Below are positions 31,572-40,837 of a stretch of DNA of 61,102 bases, one piece after another. A program made the translations under genes and the position numbers. Origin of the DNA: Gammaproteobacteria bacterium. Lineage in GTDB: Bacteria > Pseudomonadota > Gammaproteobacteria > JAADHS01. The notes under the pieces were generated by a model that did no database searches, was not told the DNA's origin, and saw nothing but the letters and a program-made list of their open reading frames with translations. The DNA lies in contig JAADHS010000160.1 in the NCBI GenBank assembly GCA_013151745.1, positions 1 through 61,102 of the forward strand. Reading direction: 5' to 3'. How positions within the stretch are numbered: position 1 is the first letter of the stretch; each line of letters begins with the position of its first letter.

Positions 31572-32435
31572 ATGACATTTTCAGACTTTATAACTCAACA
31601 TGAAATAACGATTCGTTTAAGCTTTTTTTTCGGCGTTTTTGCTTTGATGGCGCTATGGGAAATCAAAGCACCACGACGAGCGTTGATCGTCTCCAAGGCA
31701 ATGCGCTGGGTCAACAACCTGGGTCTGGTCGTGTTGAACAGTATTATTTTACGCTTGCTTTTTCCGGCAGCGGCAATCGGCGTAGCCGCTTTTGCGACTG
31801 AGCACGGCTGGGGGCTATTCAATCATTTCAGGATTCCCATTCCCTTGGCCGTGGTGCTTTCTGTCATCGCGATGGATTTCATCATTTACCTGCAACATGT
31901 GCTGGTTCATGCTATCCCCACCCTGTGGCGGCTACATCGGGTACATCATGCTGACCTCGATTACGATGTCACCACCGGGGCACGCTTCCACCCCATCGAA
32001 ATTATTCTGTCGATGTTGATCAAATTTGCCACTATTGTAGTGTTGGGCGCACCCGTTGTCGCCGTCGTGATTTTTGAAGTGATATTGAATGCCATGGCCA
32101 TGTTTAATCATGGTAACGTGGGTCTGCCCTCGAAACTGGATCGCTTCATGCGACTCTTTGTTGTCACACCGGATATGCACCGAGTACATCACTCAACTGA
32201 GGACAACGAAACCAACAGTAACTTTGGTTTCAACCTCTCAATTTGGGATCGCCTCTTTGGCACTTACATTGCTCAGCCTCGCGCTGGCCACCTTAAAATG
32301 GACATCGGCATTCACTACTACCGAGACCCCAAACAAGTTTCCCAACTTCCGGGCATGTTGACTCTTCCCTTTGTTGGTAAAATCACAGGGTATGCCATTA
32401 ATCGACGTGAGTGGAAAAAACCAAACAAAAAATAA
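31572..32435 (+). CDS. Sterol desaturase / fatty-acid hydroxylase family membrane protein
   Basis: His boxes HVLVH, HRVHH, FNHGN, HRVHH; NSNFGFNLSIWDRLFGT. Confidence 0.9.
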   Translation: MTFSDFITQHEITIRLSFFFGVFALMALWEIKAPRRALIVSKAMRWVNNLGLVVLNSIILRLLFPAAAIGVAAFATEHGWGLFNHFRIPIPLAVVLSVIAMDFIIYLQHVLVHAIPTLWRLHRVHHADLDYDVTTGARFHPIEIILSMLIKFATIVVLGAPVVAVVIFEVILNAMAMFNHGNVGLPSKLDRFMRLFVVTPDMHRVHHSTEDNETNSNFGFNLSIWDRLFGTYIAQPRAGHLKMDIGIHYYRDPKQVSQLPGMLTLPFVGKITGYAINRREWKKPNKK

Positions 32436-32608
32436 TAAAAATTTATCTCCCCACATGGGTACAAAGTGTCGCTACCTCGGTATTGATTTTATGCGTCCCT
32501 GCCAAAAATCGCCTCGCTTACGTGACAACGGATCCTTTTTGCCCCAACCACGCCCTGCGTAACCCCCCATGTCAGCATACCTGTCGCTGGAAAAAGTGCC
32601 CTTGTGGG

Positions 32609-32640
32609 GTACATTCGCGTCCAACTGCGTTTTCTAGGTT
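32609..32640 (-). repeat. Dispersed intergenic repeat, copy 3 (left bracket of the nikR locus)
   Basis: 32610-32636 is the exact reverse complement of 41191-41217. Confidence 0.85.
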
Positions 32641-32806
32641 CATGATAGACAATGACACAAAAAAGGTCTGCATCTCTCTGCCTCCCGATTGGCTAATTTG
32701 ATGAAGCCATATTTGATGTTTTTTTGATTTTTTTATGATATTTCCTTGACCTTGCGTTTATTACACTGCTCGAATAATAAGTACAGTTAAACCTAGGAAA
32801 AATAGT

Positions 32807-33751
32807 ATGAAGTATCAGATATGTGAAAAATGGTTTTTACTCACTTGTCTTTTTATTTTTGGCTTACCATCCGTCGCTTTTGCCGATGCTACCGATGCGG
32901 CTGACGGTCACCACGGCGCTGAAAGCAGCATCGAAATCGAATATTTTAATACAGGTAACTCGAAGTCCAATATCGGAAATGCACAAGTTGAGACCTCTGG
33001 TGTGCTTATTCAGACTGAGTACGAAGCAAACAACAAAGTCTTTTCTTTTAATTACGAACGTTGGAATTACAACTGGACAAACCCGGAGAATCTTCCTTTT
33101 TTTTCCGGTATATCCAATGTTCCCTGGAGTACTTTCAATACACTACAATTTGGTTTTGCTTATGAGCAAGAAATAAAGGATAAATGGGAATTTAATTATT
33201 ATGCTGAAGCTGAATCTTCTTTTGAAAAAGAAAGAAGTGGGTCTAATGAATATGAAATAGGTGTCGATTTTATTTATGAGTCATCCGAAGTATGGACTTA
33301 TACACTAAATGTTAATTTGGAATATTTGGATGCAACAGGCGTAGAACCAGGAGTAGATTTAGAAATCGAATGGAATCACCATAAAAAAGAAGGTTGGTCA
33401 GGTGAGTTTGAAATAAGCAGTGAATTTCCAGAAACGAGTTTGACTTATCACTTCAGCAAAGCACTTTCGACCACTATGTTTTATAATGAAAGCGGCACTA
33501 ACACGATTAGGCTCTCTGACAGCAGCCCAGTGAGCGGCATGCAAGGTGGTTATTTCGAAGACGAGTATAACAGTCTTGGCATGCAACTTGACTATGAGTA
33601 TGCGTATGAAAGTTACGTGTCGTTTTCATTTCAGAAAAACACGGGAAGGAGACTTTCCTTTGTCGACAGCTCAGGGAAAGAAGAAACAGAAACGACATAC
33701 GAATTTGCTGATACTATCGAAGCCTCAATTGGGTTGTCATATACATTTTAA
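32807..33751 (+). CDS. Putative outer-membrane beta-barrel protein, acidic and AT-rich
   Basis: Signal peptide ending AFA-D, DGHHG near the mature N-terminus, amphipathic strands, C-terminal GLSYTF. Confidence 0.7.
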   Translation: MKYQICEKWFLLTCLFIFGLPSVAFADATDAADGHHGAESSIEIEYFNTGNSKSNIGNAQVETSGVLIQTEYEANNKVFSFNYERWNYNWTNPENLPFFSGISNVPWSTFNTLQFGFAYEQEIKDKWEFNYYAEAESSFEKERSGSNEYEIGVDFIYESSEVWTYTLNVNLEYLDATGVEPGVDLEIEWNHHKKEGWSGEFEISSEFPETSLTYHFSKALSTTMFYNESGTNTIRLSDSSPVSGMQGGYFEDEYNSLGMQLDYEYAYESYVSFSFQKNTGRRLSFVDSSGKEETETTYEFADTIEASIGLSYTF

Positions 33752-34027
33752 TCCGTCATTTTACCGAGTTGTTATCTCCTTTTTTACCCTAACAGTACTT
33801 TGACACCCATATAACATGGTACTGATACTGCCAAAGTATATGTGATTGCTTTTTGAGTCGGCTCATTGCTTTTCTCTTGTTTCTTCGTTGTGGGGAATGT
33901 GAACAGGTATCCGTTATGAGTTCTTCAACTGACAAAGCCGGGATGATAAAAGCAGAAGTTATTGCGTTCCCACTCCTGACATGGCACAGTTTAAAAATAC
34001 TATAAATCGTGTTTGGAGGTTGTTTAC

Positions 34028-34498
34028 ATGTCTGAGTTGGTCAGGTTCGGCGTTTCTATTGATCATGGCCTGTTGGATCAATTTGATAAACAAATTGCCC
34101 GTAAGGGGTATAAAAATCGTTCTGAGGCCATTCGGGATTTGATTCGTGACCATATGGTAGAACAGGAATGGGAAGCCAATACGGAGACCGTCGGCACCTT
34201 CACCATGGTCTACGATCATCACACTCGAGACCTTTCGCTAACCTTAACGCACCTTCAGCACTCCTTTGTTGGCGAGATTTGCTCCGTACTGCATGTTCAT
34301 CTTGATCATAATAACTGCCTTGAAGTATTAGTATTGAAAGGCAAAGCCCAGTTGCTGCAATCACTGGCCGACAAGCTGGTCAGTGTACGGGGCGTTAAGC
34401 ACGGCAAACTGACCATGACAACGACCGGGGAGGCCATGCCAAGCGGTCCGGGAGACCATAGCCATGCACACTCTGATGACGGGCACTCCCATTCCTAA
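34028..34498 (+). CDS. nikR: Nickel-responsive regulator NikR with His-rich tail
   Basis: RFGVS beta-strand, [39 protein letters not shown]; tail [14 protein letters not shown]. Confidence 0.95.
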   Translation: MSELVRFGVSIDHGLLDQFDKQIARKGYKNRSEAIRDLIRDHMVEQEWEANTETVGTFTMVYDHHTRDLSLTLTHLQHSFVGEICSVLHVHLDHNNCLEVLVLKGKAQLLQSLADKLVSVRGVKHGKLTMTTTGEAMPSGPGDHSHAHSDDGHSHS

Positions 34499-34514
34499 AT
34501 GGAAGAGTGACAAT

Positions 34515-34555
34515 AAAAAAAGCCGAAGGGGTCGCTGACCCACTTCGACTTTTTT
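34515..34555. terminator. Bidirectional intrinsic terminator between nikR and the porin gene
   Basis: AAAAAAAGCCGAAGGGGTC-GCT-GACCCACTTCGACTTTTTT. Confidence 0.8.
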
Positions 34556-34608
34556 GCTGTTTCATGCACCTACCGAAGCAGTATGCATATATTTTTTTCA
34601 GGTCAAAC

Positions 34609-35646
34609 CTAGAAACCCACCTGGAACTGGGCTAATAAAACATTGTCGGTATAGCCGATGCTTTCAACAATACCTGTAAAGCTATCGGTATCGCCACTGG
34701 CGAACACATAGTTCAACTGAATACGCGCATCTTTCTGCTTTTTAGCCAGAAAAATATTCCAACCAAGGTAGGTATTGCCCAGGCTGGTACTATTGCCACT
34801 GGCTGTTTCGCTGTCAGCAGCATAGTGACGAAGAACAATTTCGTTCATTTTATTGACTGCGTAACCACCATGCACATACCAAACACTTTCGTCGTAATCT
34901 TTCTTGCCTTTTACATTACTACCAAAAATGTACTCCGCTTTAAACGTCATCGCACCCATTTTGTAGTAACCGGCCAGATCAAATACCGTGTAATCTTCTG
35001 CAGCGGATCCTGAGTCCTGGGTGCTGACACCATAGGAAGCCTCAATGTGCAGATCTTCGTTCATGTCATACATCACCCGACCCGCGTAGGCCGTACCGTC
35101 ACCGGCTTCCCCAAAGTCAACGGCACCCGAACGCTGGGCAGGGTTGAATACACCTACATCATAACCAAAGCCCCCCAGCTTGCGACCGCTCACCATCAAA
35201 CCAGCAGCACGATTTAACACCAAATACGATTCCAAACCCCGCTTGGTAATATCCAACTGCTTGCTGGCGTTGCCGAAGTCCATGCCAACAGGTGTTTTGA
35301 AAATACCGGCACTGATCTTGGCAGCATCATTAAATTTATAACCCACCACCGCATCTTGGATGATTTCAGGTATACCGATGCGGTCACCTTTATCGGTTTT
35401 ATTGAAATCCGCTTGCAGCTTGCCCCACACTTTGCCATGTGTAATTTGGTAGCCCAGACGGATACTATCAGCACCAAAACGTAAGCTATCTGCCGTATTC
35501 CCTTCCTTGCCCTTACCAACAGCAGCGGTAATTTGAGAATAACCAAAGAAGTTGGCTTTCGTGCTACTTTCATCAGCGGCACTCACCATCATCGGTGCGG
35601 CAACAACCGCTGCGGCTGCGGCCAGGGTAATCACATTTTTTTTCAT
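34609..35646 (-). CDS. Porin (OprO/OprP-like)
   Basis: Signal peptide; FFGYSQ, IQDAVVGY, AGIFKTPVG; C-terminal AQFQVGF. Confidence 0.75.
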   Translation of the reverse strand: MKKNVITLAAAAAVVAAPMMVSAADESSTKANFFGYSQITAAVGKGKEGNTADSLRFGADSIRLGYQITHGKVWGKLQADFNKTDKGDRIGIPEIIQDAVVGYKFNDAAKISAGIFKTPVGMDFGNASKQLDITKRGLESYLVLNRAAGLMVSGRKLGGFGYDVGVFNPAQRSGAVDFGEAGDGTAYAGRVMYDMNEDLHIEASYGVSTQDSGSAAEDYTVFDLAGYYKMGAMTFKAEYIFGSNVKGKKDYDESVWYVHGGYAVNKMNEIVLRHYAADSETASGNSTSLGNTYLGWNIFLAKKQKDARIQLNYVFASGDTDSFTGIVESIGYTDNVLLAQFQVGF

Positions 35647-35882
35647 GAAACAATTCTCCCCAATATTCGAATTATTTTAATTCAAAAACATACTTCAAGC
35701 ATCAAGATTATATTTATAGCAGTAATCGATGGAAATGCAACACTTTTAATCATTATGTTACAGAGATTTATACCTTTTTGTTGTTTTTACGCAACAATCA
35801 TGTAAAGCGTATTGTGCTCTTTATATGTTGGCGTAAGGTATAATACTTATTACAATAATACTTAACACAGGGAGCCATAAAA

Positions 35883-36944
35883 GTGAAAAGAAATCTAACG
35901 ACGCTGTCGATAGCCGTAGCGCTGGCAACACCTTTAACCGCTGGGGCAGTCGAAGTTGCCGGTGAAAAACTGGACATATACAGCAAAATTCATGTTTCGA
36001 TTGACTATAGCGACCAAGATGATCCTGATGTCAATAACGATGGCATGAGTATTTCCAGTAACTCCTCTCTCCTCGGCTTTAAAGGCAAGCTACCCTTGGA
36101 AAACGGAATGAAAGTCATTTGGCAAGTTGAGCAAGAAGTACGTTGGGACGACAGCTCCACGGGTAATTTTGCCAATCGTAACAGCTATGTCGGATTGGCC
36201 AGCGACGCGAACAGCCTTCGCGTTGGTGTCTATGACACCCCCTTCAAAACTGTGGCCTCAAAATGGGGGTTATTTGGCGACTCCGTCGGCGAACGTCGAG
36301 GCATGCTCGGTGCTGGTAATCAAAATGGTAATCAACTCAACGAGCGCGTCAAAAACTCGGTGATGTACCAGTTCGAAAATGAGACACTGAATATTCAAGC
36401 CATGTATGCCGTAGAACCAGAAGACACTTCCAATGCGGTTGATGATAACGACAAAGCGATGTTTGGCGCTGGCGTATGGTGGAAAATCAGCAGCCTCACA
36501 CTCTCTATGGCTTACGAAAATTGGAAAGAACACAGTGCAATCCGGGATGGCCAAGCTTTCCGTGTTGCCGCTGTCTACGGTCTCGGCGACCACCAGTTGG
36601 GAGGCATTTATGAGAACATCGACTCCGATACAGTTAACGAATGGCAACGTAACGCCTTCGGCGTAAACTGGAAATGGCAGTTTACGGGGCACACTGATGT
36701 TCGTGCTCAATACATGATGGTAGATGATGCCGACAATTCACCGAACACCGCTGCCAGCAAAATCGGTCTCGGCGTCTTTCACAAGCTGGACAAAAAGGCT
36801 GACGTTTACGTCGCGTATGCGATCACCGACAATGACGATAATGCCCAATTCCAAGCGGTCGATGGTGGTCACGGCAATGAAGTCAAAACGGTTAATGGGG
36901 GCACCCCTAGCTCCCTCTCTCTGGGAATGATCTACAAGCTCTAA
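35883..36944 (+). CDS. General Gram-negative porin
   Basis: Signal peptide; SNSSLLGFKG, WQVEQ, RNSYVGL, GVYDTPFK; C-terminal LGMIYKL. Confidence 0.88.
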   Translation: MKRNLTTLSIAVALATPLTAGAVEVAGEKLDIYSKIHVSIDYSDQDDPDVNNDGMSISSNSSLLGFKGKLPLENGMKVIWQVEQEVRWDDSSTGNFANRNSYVGLASDANSLRVGVYDTPFKTVASKWGLFGDSVGERRGMLGAGNQNGNQLNERVKNSVMYQFENETLNIQAMYAVEPEDTSNAVDDNDKAMFGAGVWWKISSLTLSMAYENWKEHSAIRDGQAFRVAAVYGLGDHQLGGIYENIDSDTVNEWQRNAFGVNWKWQFTGHTDVRAQYMMVDDADNSPNTAASKIGLGVFHKLDKKADVYVAYAITDNDDNAQFQAVDGGHGNEVKTVNGGTPSSLSLGMIYKL

Positions 36945-36971
36945 AAGACGATACGCATACGAGCTAGGTAC

Positions 36972-37009
36972 GGTGATGACCGGGGAAATATTTTTCCCCG
37001 GTCATCACC
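36972..37009. terminator. Perfect 17-bp hairpin between convergent genes
   Basis: GGTGATGACCGGGGAAA-TATT-TTTCCCCGGTCATCACC. Confidence 0.75.
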
Positions 37010-37154
37010 TGTTTTCTGAAACTGAATCGCTCTTATCTAGCCCGAAATTCTCACAGGGACACGTGAAAATCGCGCAGTAGATTGTTTTCACAATGGATAT
37101 GGTAAGCAAGAAGAATAGAGATAGAGGTCGTGTGAATCCGGTGAGAAATGCGGG

Positions 37155-37763
37155 CTAGTTAGCATCGCGTATAAACGCAGCCAACAACACAGCCGCATCT
37201 CGTATCGCTACAGCAAATTCGCGAGTGGCCTTATCGGATGAAGCCAGTTCGTCGGCTTTGGCGATTAATTCTTCTAGGGAAAGTCCGGCGTAATCTGCAA
37301 TCAGAGCCGTACCCACATTGCCCTCAAAATCCACCACATATTTTTCATTGACACTCAAAATGGCCGCCTGAGTAAGGCGATGATCTGCATCAATGCCCAC
37401 AGCAAACTCAAGATCACCATGACGATAATTTGTTTTACCCACATAAGCGGCTCCGACGATCACGTTGCTCTGTCTATCGGTGGCCCGGTAGTAGCTGTAA
37501 AGTTTGTCATCCAACTCGACACGGTAGGTTTTTTTCGCCCACTCGACTCCATCGGCTTTCAATGGCTGTTTACGCTTGACGATTTTGGCACCAGCGGGCA
37601 ACATTTCTTTGAGTGCTGCTTTTTTCTTTATAAAATCGACGGTCGATCCCGCATGACCTTTATGCGCCTGGACATTTTGTGACCCGATGGCGAGAGTGAG
37701 ACCCACGACCAACAAGGGAGCAAACAAATAAACAAGCGGACGATGAGTATAATTCAATTTCAT
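37155..37763 (-). CDS. Exported hypothetical protein, FMN-bind-like, mature N-terminus HKGH
   Basis: Signal ending VQA-H; RHGDLEFAVGIDAD..L...ILSVNE resembles FMN_bind domains; no [ST]GA[ST] motif. Confidence 0.55.
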   Translation of the reverse strand: MKLNYTHRPLVYLFAPLLVVGLTLAIGSQNVQAHKGHAGSTVDFIKKKAALKEMLPAGAKIVKRKQPLKADGVEWAKKTYRVELDDKLYSYYRATDRQSNVIVGAAYVGKTNYRHGDLEFAVGIDADHRLTQAAILSVNEKYVVDFEGNVGTALIADYAGLSLEELIAKADELASSDKATREFAVAIRDAAVLLAAFIRDAN

Positions 37764-37795
37764 TTTAATTCCTTATATTAATGGTAATAGCGCAG

Positions 37796-38431
37796 CTAAT
37801 TTTGCTCTGCTGACTTCATCAGCCACAGCTCCCATAACACTCGGAATGAGATGAAAGCAAAGCAAAGCCCTATGGTCGTGCCCATGGCGACGGTCAGATA
37901 AGCAAAACTACCCGAAACAAAACGCACTAAATTGAGGCTGATAATATCGCCCCATAAACCGAAAAACAACAGTGTAACGACGAGAGCTTTAATCGTTTCT
38001 GTCAATTGTGTGAGACAAACAAGTCCCCCCATGGCCAGCAAAAGCAAAGCAAACGACAACAGATGAACATGAGAAACCTGCGCCAGAATTTGCGGCGGCA
38101 GCGTATCATCGCCACTCATTCCCGCACCATGATCCATCTTGGACATATCCATTTGCGAGTGATCCATTCCCTCCATACTCATTTCGCCTTCATCGTCGAA
38201 AGAAAATTCTTCTTCGGCAAAGCCTTGCTCGGCGATCGCGGTCGCCTCAGTACTGGAAAGGCTTTTATCGGCATAATGATCGGCAATGGCTTGTGGACTC
38301 ATACCGACGGACAACGCGGCATTAAACACCGCAGCTAAATAACCACTCCCCAAAATAATAATAAAACCACTGATTAAGATTTTCCATGAAAAAGACACCT
38401 TGGCAAAGTTAAATGCGCTGAGCATCATCAT
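37796..38431 (-). CDS. Integral membrane protein with Met/His/acidic loop and SHVHL motif
   Basis: About 4 TM segments; MSMEGMDHSQMDMSKMDHGAGM loop. Confidence 0.75.
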   Translation of the reverse strand: MMMLSAFNFAKVSFSWKILISGFIIILGSGYLAAVFNAALSVGMSPQAIADHYADKSLSSTEATAIAEQGFAEEEFSFDDEGEMSMEGMDHSQMDMSKMDHGAGMSGDDTLPPQILAQVSHVHLLSFALLLLAMGGLVCLTQLTETIKALVVTLLFFGLWGDIISLNLVRFVSGSFAYLTVAMGTTIGLCFAFISFRVLWELWLMKSAEQN

Positions 38432-38432
38432 C

Positions 38433-39239
38433 TTACTCTCCTAAATCGTGGGTTTTAACCCAAAGCACCGCACCCAGCTCAACAGGATAATTTTTTTCTT
38501 CATGACTCATCGTCTCTCCACTTTCAACCAGCGCGGCCATTCCCCACCAACCCGCTTTTGGCATAACATAAGCAAACACGCCATTGGCATCTGTTTTAAT
38601 AACTTGAGTGATAAAGGGATCAGCAGGTGCTTTAAGGTCACCCTTTTCATTATAATACTCAACCTCTACACGAGCAAAAGCCACCGGTTTGCCATTGTGT
38701 TTGACCACGCCACGAAACAAATTATTCGTCCACAGCCCATAGGGTCTGGCCAAGGGGATGATTTCCATGGGTAGACCCAGTTCATGATCCCAGCCTTCTT
38801 CCATGCCAAAGGCATTCACTACTGTTTTGGTGTAATGGATGATAAAGCGCTCTTCCGCAGCCTCCCAATATGGCTGAGGTTCAACGAAAAAAAGATGATC
38901 GCCGGGCTTGCGAATTTTATAACTGCTTTGATAAGCAGACAAGGTATCGCCGGCATGATCCTGATAGCTTGTCTGTTGCAGCTTGTCCAGTAAATCAGTC
39001 TCTTTTCCGGCCACCCAAACGCCAAAGCGTTTGGGTTTTTTCATATTGAGCCCCATACCTTCAAAGGGATGGGTAAAAATCAAATCAAGACGAAGCTCAC
39101 GACTTTCGCCTGCAGAAACAATTTCATCTGAAGGAATAATCATTTGAAAATGAGCGTAAGCGGGTGCAAACACACCCACCATACCGATCATCAATAGTAG
39201 CTTGCTCAAAAATCGTTTACACCACAACGTACTTGTCAT
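38433..39239 (-). CDS. DUF4198 family periplasmic protein, typically linked to Ni/Co transport
   Basis: AYA-HFQMIIPS, FTHPFEG, PYWEAAEERFIIHYTK, EIIPLARPYGL, GWWGMAAL. Confidence 0.85.
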   Translation of the reverse strand: MTSTLWCKRFLSKLLLMIGMVGVFAPAYAHFQMIIPSDEIVSAGESRELRLDLIFTHPFEGMGLNMKKPKRFGVWVAGKETDLLDKLQQTSYQDHAGDTLSAYQSSYKIRKPGDHLFFVEPQPYWEAAEERFIIHYTKTVVNAFGMEEGWDHELGLPMEIIPLARPYGLWTNNLFRGVVKHNGKPVAFARVEVEYYNEKGDLKAPADPFITQVIKTDANGVFAYVMPKAGWWGMAALVESGETMSHEEKNYPVELGAVLWVKTHDLGE

Positions 39240-39257
39240 AACACTCTCCTGTATGCC

Positions 39258-40292
39258 TTACAGAGCCGTACTCCAGCCCATACTCCAGCGATATTTTTCG
39301 TCGTTAGAGATGCCCGTTAGTTCTTGGTAGATAGGGAATGAAACATTGGCGTAAACACCCTGTTTCTTGTTAATTTTGAAATTAAGACCGGGCGAGAGAT
39401 AAATCACATCACCACCACTGTTTTTCTTAATTTCATCGTTCTCAATATCTTGTTCGAAGAATATACCATTTAACTCAATGACCGGCACAATTGAACTGTG
39501 ATGAGCAAAGCTCGTTGCCACATCAAACTGCCAGGAATTACCTGCACGAAATTGTTTGGCACCCTGAGTACCAAAACGATAGATTATATCCGCATCTAAA
39601 GCAATTTTTTTCGTGAGATGGCCACTATAGGCCACGCCACCTTGAAAGGTAATCGCACCACTACCGGGTTGGTTATGTGTACCAATGATCTCACTTTTGC
39701 CTGTTCCCTTGTTTATGTCCGTTTCATTTGTAATCTTGCCGGTAGGCAGAATGACACCGAACACAGAGGCCCACTGATTGTCGCCATCGTTGAAAAAGCG
39801 ATAGCGGCCTGTGACCAACATATCACCGAACCCTGGAGACTCTGAGGTAGAAGAGACACAATTGGCCGAACCAAGATCGCCCTTAACCGCCGGGTTACCA
39901 GCAAAACACTCGCTCGCATTTTGATCGCCGTTATCTTTAAAGCCTTTAAAATTGTTGTATTGCAGCATGATATTGATATCCATATCTTCATTGACCGGAA
40001 AGCCAAACGAAAGAAAATAGGCATCCTCACTAGAGTGCATATGTACATCTTCACCATCGGCTCTGAAATCTATCAACTGCTGATCGCTGAACGTTTCATA
40101 ACGACGCGCATCCCAGCGTAAACCAATTACTTTTTCTTCAAGAATGGCCGCACCCACCGAATTGATACTGCCAGAGCCCCCACCGCGAATCGATTCACCA
40201 TGAGCGTGAGCTAATGACATGCCTCCCAGTAGCAGGGGAAGACTTGCTGTGGTCAGTAATGACATTTTACGTAATAATTTGTGTCTGGACAT
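39258..40292 (-). CDS. Putative outer-membrane barrel ('transporter' / MetA-pathway-like)
   Basis: Signal AHA-HGES; GFGDMLVTGRYRF, GVILPTG, QPGSG, YLSPGL, FPIYQ; DVHMH motif. Confidence 0.75.
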   Translation of the reverse strand: MSRHKLLRKMSLLTTASLPLLLGGMSLAHAHGESIRGGGSGSINSVGAAILEEKVIGLRWDARRYETFSDQQLIDFRADGEDVHMHSSEDAYFLSFGFPVNEDMDINIMLQYNNFKGFKDNGDQNASECFAGNPAVKGDLGSANCVSSTSESPGFGDMLVTGRYRFFNDGDNQWASVFGVILPTGKITNETDINKGTGKSEIIGTHNQPGSGAITFQGGVAYSGHLTKKIALDADIIYRFGTQGAKQFRAGNSWQFDVATSFAHHSSIVPVIELNGIFFEQDIENDEIKKNSGGDVIYLSPGLNFKINKKQGVYANVSFPIYQELTGISNDEKYRWSMGWSTAL

Positions 40293-40325
40293 TTTGAACT
40301 CGACTCCCTAATGCTTTAAGTTTAA

Positions 40326-40511
40326 TTATTCGTGGTGACCATCATCATGTTGATGACTATGCTCAATTTCCTCGTGACTATGCTCGTGTTCATGCTCTTC
40401 TGTGACATCCCCATCATGAACATGAGTATGATGTCCGTCATCGTGACGATGGACATGGGTGTGAGTCACCTGACGGTGGATATGCCGATGATAAGTTACA
40501 TCACATGCCAT
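40326..40511 (-). CDS. 61-aa His-rich metal-binding protein (20 His)
   Basis: CAGGA RBS; (HX)n runs and two HDDGHH motifs; first gene of the operon. Confidence 0.75.
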   Translation of the reverse strand: MACDVTYHRHIHRQVTHTHVHRHDDGHHTHVHDGDVTEEHEHEHSHEEIEHSHQHDDGHHE

Positions 40512-40655
40512 CTGATTTTATCCTGCTTGAATATTAAAAAACCGAAAGGAGAATGGACATCTCGAACCTTATCGGCGTAACAATGAAAAAAGCAACAGCT
40601 TTTCTAGTACTTAATTTTCAGCTAAAAGCTTTATTTGCAAAACCAATTACCGCAA

Positions 40656-40714
40656 GTAGCATGATTTAGAGAATCATAGCACCGACCGTGCTACGATGTC
40701 AACACTCGTGCTAC
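40656..40714. promoter_or_regulatory. Candidate NikR operators overlapping a leftward sigma70 promoter
   Basis: GTAGCAT-N13-ATAGCAC-N5-GTGCTAC-N13-GTGCTAC; minus-strand TTGACA (40697-702), N18, TATGAT (40673-78) with extended TG. Confidence 0.7.
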
Positions 40715-40753
40715 TTTACCTGGGAAAATACGTTTTCCAAACTAAAGCTTCAC

Positions 40754-40783
40754 TTGAAATGGCCGTTAGTGAATCTGTATATT
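40754..40783 (+). promoter_or_regulatory. Candidate sigma70 promoter for the 88-aa His-rich gene
   Basis: TTGAAA-N18-TATATT. Confidence 0.45.
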
Positions 40784-40837
40784 CGACAACGGGGTTATCA
40801 AACTTCAATCTAAAAAACAATCAAGGAAACTTTGACT

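Noticed and set aside
32411-32701. Short ORFs downstream of the desaturase gene
   Set aside because: They overlap repeat remnants and have no recognisable motifs or RBS
40332-40580. Met-rich 82-aa plus-strand ORF
   Set aside because: Antisense shadow of the His codons (CAT/ATG) of the 61-aa gene
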